Virus record (IMG/VR): IMGVR_UViG_3300027987_000212
Span: 96,001-160,000 of that record
Direction: 5' to 3' (one strand)
Length of the DNA stretch: 64,000 bases
Source of the DNA: a virus
The notes below the pieces were generated by a model, which saw only the letters and a list, made by a program, of their open reading frames with translations, was not told the DNA's origin and searched no databases. The translations under genes and the position numbers were made by a program. How positions within the stretch are numbered: the stretch's first letter is position 1; each line of letters opens with the position of its first letter. This document shows positions 37,619 to 46,431 of the stretch, in pieces.

Positions 37619-39465
37619 CTCCGAAGGGCGTCAACGCCCTGTTTCAAACGCTTCACCGCAGCCATCAGCTCCGGCCCTGACGTAGCCATCGTAACGCCTC
37701 CAGCCAGTCCTCCCAAAATTGCAGCGCGACGGGGGTTGGTTTCCGCACGTTCAGCCGGACGTAGTGCCCTGTACGTTCGGGCTAGCTCCTTGGTCGTCTT
37801 TTCGTCCCCCGGCTCGCGCTTTTCTGCGAGGCGCCCCGCATGCTCCCGCAGTCCAGGGGCCTTCTTGCCAGCGAGGAGCGCCCCGCCCGCGCCGAGCAGG
37901 GCTCCACCGGCCGCCCACGGCGCCCGCGCCTTCACCGCTGCTGCCGCACTACCCTGCTTGGTCGCAAGTTCGCCGCCGGCCGCCGCCACCGGCCGCGCCG
38001 ACCCCGGCCCGCTGCCCGCAACAGCCCCACCGGGAGTATTCGGACCCCCGACACCCTCCGTCGGCGCGCTCGCCCCGCCTTGCGCATCTGGCGCCTCTCC
38101 TGCTGCCCCTTCCATGTTGGGGTCACCCAAAGCAGCGTCGGGCATGGGCGACGCCAACTGCACCGGGTCCTGTGCAGCCAGCTGCAGCATGGCCTGCCGC
38201 ATCTTCTCGGTACCGATACGCAAGTTGGCAATCTCCCGCGCTTGCTCGGTCGACGACATGTTAGCCTCGAGCGCTTGTTGGGTGCGCTCCTGCACTTCAC
38301 CCCCCAACTGGTCTGCCTGCTGCTGCGTCTGCGACAACTGCGCCTGCGCATCTTGCATGGCCTGCGTGGCCTCACGCATCTTCTGCCGGTAGAACGCTGC
38401 CTCGTTCTGCCCTTGAATCTCTCGTGCCTGGCTCTCCTGCTCGAGGTACGCCGCAGGGTCCGAGCCGAACGCCACCTTCACCGAAGCATTCTTCCGAATA
38501 TCCACCTCGGTGCCCAGCTCCTTACCCGCCTTGTTTCCCACTAGGTACCCGATACCCGCACCTATGGAGGGGCCCATCGGATGCTTCAAGTACTTGTTGC
38601 CGAGTAGGTACCCACCGGCAGCCCCAAGGGCACCCCCGGCAGTTGCCCCGAGTCGCTCACCGCGACGACCCTTCTCCCTATGTGCTTCTGCGGACAAGTT
38701 GGCGATAGCTCGTTCGCGACCCTTCTCTCTGGCCGCCGCATCTTCCGAGCCACGCTTCTCACGCAACTTGTCCGCAGTCAGACAAAAGGCGAACTTCTGC
38801 CGCAGCAAAGCGACTTTCTCCTCAGGTAGCCCAGTCGACTCTTCCGCAGCACCTTCCGGCACTTCCTCAGGTATCTCCTGAGGTATGGTGGGAACAAGCG
38901 AACCTTGCGACGCCCCCTGCGGCATCATCTGCCACATCTCATCCAAGTGATGTTGGTCCTTGAGCATGTGCTCCTCGATACCAACACGCATTGGGTTGTC
39001 TTCGCCGACCATCTCCCGCAGCTCACGCTGGACAAGGATGCCCTCCTGCTCTGCTCGAGCCAGGATGTTGAAGATGGTGATGGGCTCACTTGCCGGCGGG
39101 GGTACCTCCACATCCTCGTAGTGCACCGGCCCTCCAAGGGCAGCCGCACGCTTCAAGTAGTACTCGAAGCCCTCACGTTCATCCTCAGCGTGTTCGTAGA
39201 ACTCAGTCTTGGTGGCGCGCCAACCCTCGCCTTTCAAGCTTTGCGCGTATGTGTAGTACGCAAGCATGAGGCGAGCCTTGGCAGTAATCACCTGCTTCAA
39301 CTTGTCGAGAAGCTCGACCGCCGAAACAGCGAAGCGTCCCTCCATCACGCCTTCCTGGTCAGGTGGGTCTGTCCATGAGGCGGTCTTCATCTTGGTGAAG
39401 AAAGCCGCACCCGCCGCAAAAGGGATAGCCCGCGTGCCAACTAGCGCCCGTGCAAACTTGTCCAT
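37615..39465 (-). CDS. Multidomain putative virion protein with ferritin-like four-helix domain, glycine zippers and KxA sites
   Basis: FYEHAEDEREG...RAAALGGPV...AEQEG...EEHMLKDQHHLDEM. MKTAS, EKVAL and RKNASVKVAF. Confidence 0.7.
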   Translation of the reverse strand: MDKFARALVGTRAIPFAAGAAFFTKMKTASWTDPPDQEGVMEGRFAVSAVELLDKLKQVITAKARLMLAYYTYAQSLKGEGWRATKTEFYEHAEDEREGFEYYLKRAAALGGPVHYEDVEVPPPASEPITIFNILARAEQEGILVQRELREMVGEDNPMRVGIEEHMLKDQHHLDEMWQMMPQGASQGSLVPTIPQEIPEEVPEGAAEESTGLPEEKVALLRQKFAFCLTADKLREKRGSEDAAAREKGRERAIANLSAEAHREKGRRGERLGATAGGALGAAGGYLLGNKYLKHPMGPSIGAGIGYLVGNKAGKELGTEVDIRKNASVKVAFGSDPAAYLEQESQAREIQGQNEAAFYRQKMREATQAMQDAQAQLSQTQQQADQLGGEVQERTQQALEANMSSTEQAREIANLRIGTEKMRQAMLQLAAQDPVQLASPMPDAALGDPNMEGAAGEAPDAQGGASAPTEGVGGPNTPGGAVAGSGPGSARPVAAAGGELATKQGSAAAAVKARAPWAAGGALLGAGGALLAGKKAPGLREHAGRLAEKREPGDEKTTKELARTYRALRPAERAETNPRRAAILGGLAGGVTMATSGPELMAAVKRLKQGVDALRR

Positions 39466-39466
39466 G

Positions 39467-39934
39467 TTACGCGTTCTCCACTACTACCAGGTAGCTGCCA
39501 GGAGTCTCGACTACGATTTGAATGAAACGAGGAGCGGTGCCCGAAGGGGCGTTGTACACCACGCCCACCTCATTTACTTGGTCCCCGAACCCTAGTAATG
39601 CATTGGCTGTACCATCCTTTGAGATGGTGACCCCACCTGAGACGGTAGTCTCATGCAGCGCAATGTGCCCCTCGTGAACGTGCGCATCGACGCCAGTCGT
39701 CTGTGCCTCAATTTGAGCTAGTACCTGCGCTATCGTCAGCGGTACCTGCGCGCCCCCGCTGTTGAACGTCACTGTGTTCGCATTGGGGGCCAAGAAAATC
39801 AGCGTCTTGTTGTGCAAGTACAGCGAACTCGGCCGTGCGGTGAGGTCTACCCCACTCACGATGCCACCGTTCAGGAAGTGATTGACGCCATTGATGCCGC
39901 CAAGCCTACGCAGATACAACTTCGCCTGTGCCAT
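39467..39934 (-). CDS. Putative structural protein sharing the sheath's inserted beta-module motif
   Basis: IALHETTVSGGVTISKDGTANALLGF. Confidence 0.6.
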   Translation of the reverse strand: MAQAKLYLRRLGGINGVNHFLNGGIVSGVDLTARPSSLYLHNKTLIFLAPNANTVTFNSGGAQVPLTIAQVLAQIEAQTTGVDAHVHEGHIALHETTVSGGVTISKDGTANALLGFGDQVNEVGVVYNAPSGTAPRFIQIVVETPGSYLVVVENA

Positions 39935-39940
39935 GTGACC

Positions 39941-40444
39941 TCAGTAACTCAAGTAGGTGGCGTTGATTGCCCAGAGCTCGGAGTGCACACCACTAGCCCC
40001 CGAGTCCAGTAACTGACTGATGTTCAAACTCACCTTCACCTGCGTCAGCCGTTGTTCAATGAAAGAACGAAAGTACTGCAGCCAGTTCATGATGAGCGGC
40101 GTCTTGTCGTTCACGCCCACGTTCAACCCGCCATTGGAGTAGTTGATGTGATTGCGTGTTTGCAGTAAGCCAACAGACTCCAGCACGCCTACTGTTACCA
40201 TACGCAACAGAAGTGCGTGCTGGTTCAACTGCAGTAGGTCGTCGAGGCTGAGCCTAGTGAAATGTGGCGTGCCATTGAACCACGCAACAGCATCAAGCAC
40301 CGCCCACGCGAGGAACCGGTCTGAAGACTCCACGCCAGCCAGCAGCCGGTTCAACTCGGGGTGGTCCCGCAGGTAAGCGCGCACGACTGGTACGAAGGCC
40401 TTCATCGTAGGCGACATCCCTACCAGTGTTTCCAGCTCAGCCAT
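39941..40444 (-). CDS. Putative head-tail connector (neck 1)
   Basis: Helical. VRAYLRD...LQTRNHINYSNGGLNV, located downstream of the capsid genes. Confidence 0.55.
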   Translation of the reverse strand: MAELETLVGMSPTMKAFVPVVRAYLRDHPELNRLLAGVESSDRFLAWAVLDAVAWFNGTPHFTRLSLDDLLQLNQHALLLRMVTVGVLESVGLLQTRNHINYSNGGLNVGVNDKTPLIMNWLQYFRSFIEQRLTQVKVSLNISQLLDSGASGVHSELWAINATYLSY

Positions 40445-40446
40445 GC

Positions 40447-40872
40447 CTACCTCCGGGACTTCTTACCTCTGGACGCCCTTCTCGCATCCTCAGGTGAGGC
40501 CTCTGCCTCCTTGGGCGCGTCACCCTCTTCTACCTCCGGGAGTACCGGGGTGTCCAACGCGGTTTGCGCAGGAGCCGATTCCTCCAAAAGGCCTTCCTCC
40601 TCGGGCGGGGGAGGCGCGCGCGGCGGGGGAGGCGGAGGAGACGGCTGAGTTGGCGTGCGTGGACGATACCAACTCGGCAGCTCCCCCTCCACGAGTACAC
40701 CACGACACGCCCAGTAGTCGATGTCCGCTGCCACCCCTGCCCTGTCCTGCACCTGAACGGTACATCCCGGGGCCACAGGCATCCCGCCGACACGAACAGA
40801 CGCTCCGACTAAACCAGCCTGGCGTAGTCGAGCTGTTTCGACATCGGCGATGTTTGTGACCGTACGCCTCAC
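40447..40872 (-). CDS. Hypothetical protein, Pro-rich tail
   Basis: ATGA overlap and GGAGG junction to the next gene. Confidence 0.6.
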   Translation of the reverse strand: MRRTVTNIADVETARLRQAGLVGASVRVGGMPVAPGCTVQVQDRAGVAADIDYWACRGVLVEGELPSWYRPRTPTQPSPPPPPPRAPPPPEEEGLLEESAPAQTALDTPVLPEVEEGDAPKEAEASPEDARRASRGKKSRR

Positions 40873-41519
40873 CGACTCTTACCCTTCCCACCTTTGCCCG
40901 TCGGAGGCCGAGCAACTGGCGCGGGCGGGGCCAACGGCGAGGGTGTGGGAGCAGCAGCAGCAGCAGCAGCAGCAGCCTCCGCGGAAGCGGGAGCCTCCGC
41001 ACTCTCTTCTTCGACGGCAGCAGCCTCCGCACTATCGCGGGTGCCCTCCTCCAGACTATCGGAGACCGACGCATTTTCTTCGGCAGCCTCCGACGTTTCC
41101 TCCAAGGTTGGCTTGAGCAAGTCCGGCAACTCCCCGCGCGCATGTACCGACGGCTCGATTCCAGCATTCGGGGAAGCTGTCGCCGGGCGGACTGGGTTCA
41201 CGTCGTTGTTGGCATCGTCCAGGGGGAAGTTCGGGTTTACCTCGGCTGGAGGTGGTGCCGCTATGGACACCCTCAACGACTTGAGGTCGACCACGGCGCC
41301 AGCCGGCGTGCGCACCTCGAGCGCACCGGCTTCGATGGCGGCATTCAACATGTCGAAGTTGGCTTCCAAGAATGCGCGGTCGACCCGCTTTGGGCGCCCC
41401 CGCTTGACCGAGAGCTCACCCACCCGTTGATGCAGCCGAGCTCGGGTAGGCTGAGCCGTTCGAACAGACTTGGTACGCTTGCTGCGTACCGTGTTGTGCA
41501 GGTAGTAGATGGCTGACAT
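40869..41519 (-). CDS. Hypothetical protein with Ala9 run
   Basis: GAGGT SD. Follows the decoration gene. Confidence 0.7.
   Translation of the reverse strand: MSAIYYLHNTVRSKRTKSVRTAQPTRARLHQRVGELSVKRGRPKRVDRAFLEANFDMLNAAIEAGALEVRTPAGAVVDLKSLRVSIAAPPPAEVNPNFPLDDANNDVNPVRPATASPNAGIEPSVHARGELPDLLKPTLEETSEAAEENASVSDSLEEGTRDSAEAAAVEEESAEAPASAEAAAAAAAAAPTPSPLAPPAPVARPPTGKGGKGKSR
40950..40976. repeat. Perfect (AGC)9 trinucleotide repeat encoding Ala9 (GCT x9 on the minus strand)
   Basis: Read directly from the sequence. Confidence 0.9.
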
Positions 41520-41527
41520 CAGCTACC

Positions 41528-42216
41528 TCAGGTGTTCGCAGAAGCGTCGTATTCGTAGAAGAGGGCGTAGTCCCGCGTGTCGTTGGGGGCATTGGCCGGC
41601 GTGTACGTTCCGTGCGGGCCTTGCGTTGCTGCGTCCGCAAAGGCACCAGTGGTGACACCTCTAGAAGGACTGCTGCAAGACCCGCCCGAGACAAGAGGGG
41701 CTTGCCCAGGCCAATCCGAGCGCCGAAGCCAATGGTCAACGCACCGCCCGTACCGCCTTGCGCGGGGATGTCGACCTGCTCCACCGAAGCGAAGGCCTTC
41801 AACCCTGCGTCGGTGACACCGCCACCGTCCGTCAGCGTGATGTTCTCGGTCAGGGCATCTCCGTTGATGTCCGTACCCGTAACGACTACGACCACCGCGT
41901 CGATGTCCGCGTGTGTCGTGGTCGTGATGGTGATGTTGCGTGGAGGACTGATAGCGCCTGCGCCGATGACGCCGTTCAGAGCAGCCCCCGAGTAGCTCAC
42001 TGGCGAAGCCGAGGAAGCGATGGAAGTCTTGATGGCATCGACATCGGCGACGGGGACGTTGGTGAACTCCTCCACGGCAACAGCTGCGTTGGCCGCGAAG
42101 TCGCGTTTGATGTCTGCGCGAAGGTCTGCCACCTCCGCTTGAATACCGCCGCTGCCGCGCAGCAAGTGCTGTTTGACCGCATTCTGCGAACTGAACTGAC
42201 CAGAACCGAGACTCAT
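41528..42216 (-). pseudogene. Beta-rich head decoration/fibre-like gene with an apparent 1-nt frameshift at about 41656
   Basis: One frame is protein-like up to ...AVLLEV and the other continues VTTGAFAD...YALFYEYDASANT-stop (41528). Adding one G gives a 229-aa ORF that ends cleanly before the next SD. Confidence 0.55.
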
Positions 42217-42240
42217 GATGACGTAACTCCTTGTCCTTCA

Positions 42241-42279
42241 AAAACAGAAAGGGCGCCGGGCCAACCGGCTCCGACGCCC
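42241..42279 (-). terminator. Intrinsic terminator downstream of the major capsid gene
   Basis: GGGCGTCGG-A-GCC-ggtt-GGC-CCGGCGCCC-TTTCTGTTTT. Confidence 0.75.
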
Positions 42280-42314
42280 AATCCAAACCAGAATACCGAC
42301 CCGGTACTGAAGCG

Positions 42315-43433
42315 TCAGTACGCGTTGATTTGCGGGAACCGCAAGCCTTGGTCGAGACGGTTGTTCGGCGTACCCAGCTGGTCTTCCTCCACCGGGACGA
42401 AGTTGCTGATGAGCGTCTGGCTGCCCGCATTCGGGTTGGCGTTGCCGGAGTACAGCTCGCACTTCACGACTGCCGCCACGTTGGCGATGCCCATGGCGAT
42501 GTCTTCCCACGCCTGCCACGAGATGAGGTTCGCGACCTTGTCGATGTAGAACTTCGTGTTGTTCAGGATGTAGAACTTCGCGAAAAACTCTGGCTTCGTG
42601 ATGCAGTAGATGTTGCCGGGGCGCAAGATGTCCGTCTTGATGGTACGCACGTAGGCACGTCCCAAGATGGTGTTGTACTTGTACCCGTCGACCGTCGTTT
42701 CCGACTGCACACGGTCACCGAAGTCTTCGACGGTCCATTGCAACATGTCGTCGAAGTCGGGGTCGGAGATGAGCGTCGTTTCGGCGCGCAACCGACGACC
42801 ATCGAGGCGCTTGTATATGTTCACGAAGTCGGGGCGCTGAACAGGCCACACCACTGCGGTGTCCGCGGTCTGGCTTCGCGCAAGCTCCCCCTTGAAGATG
42901 GAGTACTCCACCGTCGCACCGATGGTCGAAGCCGCCAATGCTGCGGCGGTACCGCCGTTGGCTTCCGTCTGCAGTGCTTGGCAGGCGGACTCCATGTGAA
43001 TGGTGAACTCACGGTCTTCGATTTCACCGATGTCCTTCACCGAGTTCTCCTCGATGATTTTGGTGATGGGCATCTCGTACGCGAGCAACTCTTGCTCGGT
43101 CTTCTGGAACATCTCCGAAGAGATGGTGAAGAAGCCAACAGCGAAACGTCGACCGCTGATGACACGTGCGGAGGGCTGACCTCGGAACGAAATCGACATC
43201 GCACGAGATTGTGGCTCCATGTCCACAATCTTGATGAGAGTGTCGTGGTTCACGCTGCGCTGGCAATCAGCGCGGGTGACCTGCTGCGGGGGAATCAACT
43301 TCCTGGTGTACGCGACTTCGCGTAGACGGTCTCGCACATAGCTACCACCGTACTCTGCGACCTTCTCTTTTCCCTCCGCTGTTGCCACCTTCTGGGTGAA
43401 GAGGTCGTTCAACATCTGTGCCGGAACGCTCAT
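42315..43433 (-). CDS. Major capsid protein (putative HK97 fold)
   Basis: 372 aa with strongly biased codons, following protease, scaffold and decoration genes and followed by a terminator. RDRLREVAYTRKLIPP...EIEDREF. Confidence 0.75.
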   Translation of the reverse strand: MSVPAQMLNDLFTQKVATAEGKEKVAEYGGSYVRDRLREVAYTRKLIPPQQVTRADCQRSVNHDTLIKIVDMEPQSRAMSISFRGQPSARVISGRRFAVGFFTISSEMFQKTEQELLAYEMPITKIIEENSVKDIGEIEDREFTIHMESACQALQTEANGGTAAALAASTIGATVEYSIFKGELARSQTADTAVVWPVQRPDFVNIYKRLDGRRLRAETTLISDPDFDDMLQWTVEDFGDRVQSETTVDGYKYNTILGRAYVRTIKTDILRPGNIYCITKPEFFAKFYILNNTKFYIDKVANLISWQAWEDIAMGIANVAAVVKCELYSGNANPNAGSQTLISNFVPVEEDQLGTPNNRLDQGLRFPQINAY

Positions 43434-43469
43434 GATTCTGGGTGTCCTTTCTCTCTTCTACCCGTGGGG

Positions 43470-43991
43470 TCAGATACTGCTGGCCAAACGGAAGCGAAGC
43501 TTGCCGCCGTTCACAGCCGGCAACCTGGTGACGCGTGCAACGATGGGTTCACCGTCGCCGACAACTGCGCCGACGAGGCCAATCTTCACGAGCCCGCTGA
43601 TTGTGATGGAAGCGACCTTGAGTGGCTGCCCCGTGAAAGTGATGGCAGCGCCACCGCTGACGACGGCCGTAGCATCGAAGATGCGCGTGTCGGCCTCGAG
43701 GAAGCCTTGCCAGATGAGTGGGACGGCTTTTCTGGACATGGCCTGGATGTCCGAACGACCCTGCTCCGCGTAGACCGGGTAGGACGTCTGCGTAGCAACA
43801 TTGCCTGCGCCACTACGGTCGCAAGCAACAGCTGCCTTGTAGCTGTTGTCGATAATCATCCACTCGCCATCGACGAGAGGGTTGGCCCCGTTGGGGTCGG
43901 CCAGCGTCGGGTCGGCCAAAGAGAAGTCGCGACGCTGAGTGGCCAAAAGGTCACTGAACGGCTCGAAGTTGACGCGCTGAACTGTGCTCAT
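43470..43991 (-). CDS. Putative capsid decoration/cement protein
   Basis: 173 aa, beta-rich, immediately upstream of the MCP. Strong AGGAGG SD. Confidence 0.55.
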   Translation of the reverse strand: MSTVQRVNFEPFSDLLATQRRDFSLADPTLADPNGANPLVDGEWMIIDNSYKAAVACDRSGAGNVATQTSYPVYAEQGRSDIQAMSRKAVPLIWQGFLEADTRIFDATAVVSGGAAITFTGQPLKVASITISGLVKIGLVGAVVGDGEPIVARVTRLPAVNGGKLRFRLASSI

Positions 43992-44021
43992 GTTCCTTGT
44001 TCCTCCTGCTGTTGCTGCTGG

Positions 44022-44378
44022 TTAGCTACCAACGTTCCCTATCAGATACGCGGTGAGCTGGTCAGCTACCGCCCCACCAGGGACACCAGACTGTGATGCA
44101 AACGGGAAGCTAGGTCCCATCATATCAACAGCCCGAGTGATTTCTCCAAGTTTGCCGGCCTGCGCTTCCTTGCGCAGGTCCATTACGAGGGTGTCCAAGT
44201 CTTGGTCCACGTTCACACCTCGCGCGTGCATTGCCTGTGCGACTTTCACGCACTCACGCTCTTCATGCAGGTCTGCCAGCTCTGCAGCCAGCTTGTCTCG
44301 CTCCTCTGTGAGCAGCAAAACAGTCTGCTGCGCTTCTCGCAACACCCTGGCAACCTTCGTACTCGACAACTTCTCCAT
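44022..44378 (-). CDS. Scaffold-like coiled-coil protein
   Basis: EERDKLAAELADLHEER..VKVAQ..RKEAQ. Confidence 0.6.
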   Translation of the reverse strand: MEKLSSTKVARVLREAQQTVLLLTEERDKLAAELADLHEERECVKVAQAMHARGVNVDQDLDTLVMDLRKEAQAGKLGEITRAVDMMGPSFPFASQSGVPGGAVADQLTAYLIGNVGS

Positions 44379-44413
44379 TTTGGGTACCTCTCAAGTGAAC
44401 GGAGGCGCAAGCC

Positions 44414-45682
44414 TCACATGGAGCTTGCGGTGAATCCGGACGCTTGCTGCGGAGTGGCCGGGGCCATCCCCTGCCCGTCCTTCTCCTTGGCCTTCTTCAT
44501 TTCCTTGGGGTCCGCGCAGGCGGCGGCCTTCACCAAGCTCGAGAGCAGCACGCGAGCTGCGGCGGTCTTGATGCCCCCCTGCTGCATACTGGCAATCTTC
44601 GCGCCCGCTTCGCCCGTACGGTCGAAGACACGCTCGAGCGTCTTGTCCGTTGCAGCGGTCTGCGCGTTCTCGCTCAACAGCTGGTCGACATCCTTCTTCG
44701 GGTCTGCCTTGGCGTCCCGCTTGGTGAAATCGATGGCAGCCTGGTTCGACGCGACCATCTGCTCTTGCGAGCTGACGTCACTCGGAACGGCCGGCACGTT
44801 CTCCTCTGAGGCGGAAGCCCCTTCAGGAGGACCGTTGGGAACAGTGCCTGCCGAAATCTGTGCGGGGTTGATAGCATCCTCGGCGACCTTCTGCCGCTGA
44901 CGAATCTCGGCGACCGTCACGCCAGCGCCGCCCGCTGCCGCTTGCTTACCCAACATCTGTTGCAGACGTACGGTGTTGTTGTGTAGCTGCGCAACCTTCT
45001 GGTTGGCGATGGGCTCGACCGGTTGCTCTGGGTGCTGCATCGCGGCATTGTCTGGGAGAGTACCCAGAGCAGCCGTCGAAGTCGTCTTTGGCTGCTGATT
45101 GGCGCCGGAGGCTTGCCCGCCCTCCCCTGTGTCGATGTTCGGCTCCGACGCCGTGGCAGCCGACGCCGGCAATGCGTTGGGCCCCGTAGACTCCTCGGCA
45201 TCTTTCTCGAACTCGCCGGCAAGGTACGCCAACGCGCTAGCCAACTTTGCTGCCTGCTCCGTCGGTATGTGGGTGGATGCGTTTGCAACCTTGGTCTGAG
45301 GCGCCACACCGAGCTGCATGTCTGCCTCGATACCGGCGGCCACACGTTGCATCGTGCCGGCCATCGCCGCTTTGACCAGGTCGTTCAGTTCTGGACGTCC
45401 AAGTGTACTCATGTTGACCTTCGCTGTTTTTGCGGGGAGAAGTGCTAGGCCTCCATTGGGGCCGGTCTTTGCGCTGGTGCCCGTATCGGGCGTCGGAGGA
45501 CGCGCGGTGTTCACGCGCGAGTAGGTGGTGCGGGGCGACAGCCCCTTGGGCCCCGTCTGCCCCGGGGCTGTCTTGTTCTCGACAGCCGGCGGGGGCAGAG
45601 GGGTAATAGCGGCTTGACCTTTCAGGCCATCCGGAGCTGCGGAGCCTACAGCCTCCGCAAGTTTGTGCCCAGCCGCCACCAT
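44414..45682 (-). CDS. Scaffold-like low-complexity protein, KxA-rich
   Basis: 14 K-x-A motifs by my count. Ala/Pro/Gln-rich. Confidence 0.65.
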   Translation of the reverse strand: MVAAGHKLAEAVGSAAPDGLKGQAAITPLPPPAVENKTAPGQTGPKGLSPRTTYSRVNTARPPTPDTGTSAKTGPNGGLALLPAKTAKVNMSTLGRPELNDLVKAAMAGTMQRVAAGIEADMQLGVAPQTKVANASTHIPTEQAAKLASALAYLAGEFEKDAEESTGPNALPASAATASEPNIDTGEGGQASGANQQPKTTSTAALGTLPDNAAMQHPEQPVEPIANQKVAQLHNNTVRLQQMLGKQAAAGGAGVTVAEIRQRQKVAEDAINPAQISAGTVPNGPPEGASASEENVPAVPSDVSSQEQMVASNQAAIDFTKRDAKADPKKDVDQLLSENAQTAATDKTLERVFDRTGEAGAKIASMQQGGIKTAAARVLLSSLVKAAACADPKEMKKAKEKDGQGMAPATPQQASGFTASSM

Positions 45683-45689
45683 GATACCG

Positions 45690-46370
45690 TCAGTCCCACT
45701 TTACGGGGTAGCCCGCAGCCTCCAGGTACTCGAGAGCACGAACGTGCACGGCATCATCCAAGTTCGTGGTGGAGGCAGTCTTGCTCTCCTGCCCCTCCAA
45801 CGACCCCAACGTCGCCACTGCCTGTGTGCGCGCGATGGCAACATCCACGTCGACACCCGCCTCCTTGGCGATGTTCGGCACTTGCGCAAGTGCCAGGCGG
45901 TCGACAGCCGAAAAGCCGGCAACCTTGGTTTGCGTCGTGGTGGTTTGCGTCGCAGACTGAGCCTGCTTCACCCGCGCGACGGTGTCGGTCGCCGAAGCTC
46001 CGAGAGCCCCCGCACCGGCTTCCTTCTGCAGCGTCTGAATGAAGGATGCAGCCATGGTCTGCCCGAGCTCATGCGCCCAAGCCGCCTCTGCCTGCTTCTC
46101 CTGCTGTCGAGTGAACTCGAGCGCGGCCGCAGCCTTGGTGGCTTCCTCTTCCTTGGCTTCCTCTTCCTTCTTCTTTTTCTTCTCTTCGTCCTCTTCAGCG
46201 GCTTCGCCGGGAGGCATGTCCCCCGCCAACTTGGTGCCGTAGACGTTGAACCAAAGCTCGCCGATGGCATCTTCGGGCATCGTACTCAAGTCGACACCCT
46301 GCTCCGTGGCAAGCTTCGCGAAAAGGGAAATCTGGGCTTCCTTCTCGAGTTCTTCAGCGGTCCTATTCAT
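45690..46370 (-). CDS. Scaffold-like protein, KxA-rich
   Basis: 10 of 17 Lys are in K-x-A. Directly downstream of the protease. Confidence 0.65.
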   Translation of the reverse strand: MNRTAEELEKEAQISLFAKLATEQGVDLSTMPEDAIGELWFNVYGTKLAGDMPPGEAAEEDEEKKKKKEEEAKEEEATKAAAALEFTRQQEKQAEAAWAHELGQTMAASFIQTLQKEAGAGALGASATDTVARVKQAQSATQTTTTQTKVAGFSAVDRLALAQVPNIAKEAGVDVDVAIARTQAVATLGSLEGQESKTASTTNLDDAVHVRALEYLEAAGYPVKWD

Positions 46371-46431
46371 GATGGTCTCCTACGTCTTTGTGAATCACGC
46401 TGTCTTCGAGGGGGTACCCTCTCCGCGTTGG

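Noticed and set aside
41416-41655. C-terminal tail of ORF 41416..42216
   Set aside because: Out-of-frame sequence after the apparent frameshift, running into the next gene.
42231-43325. 364-aa plus-strand ORF opposite the MCP, and similar long antisense ORFs (37577..38392, 47716..48651, 48778..49545, 7153..8004, 40520..41167)
   Set aside because: Shadow frames of high-GC coding genes, with Arg/Pro/Ser-rich or implausible translations and no RBS.
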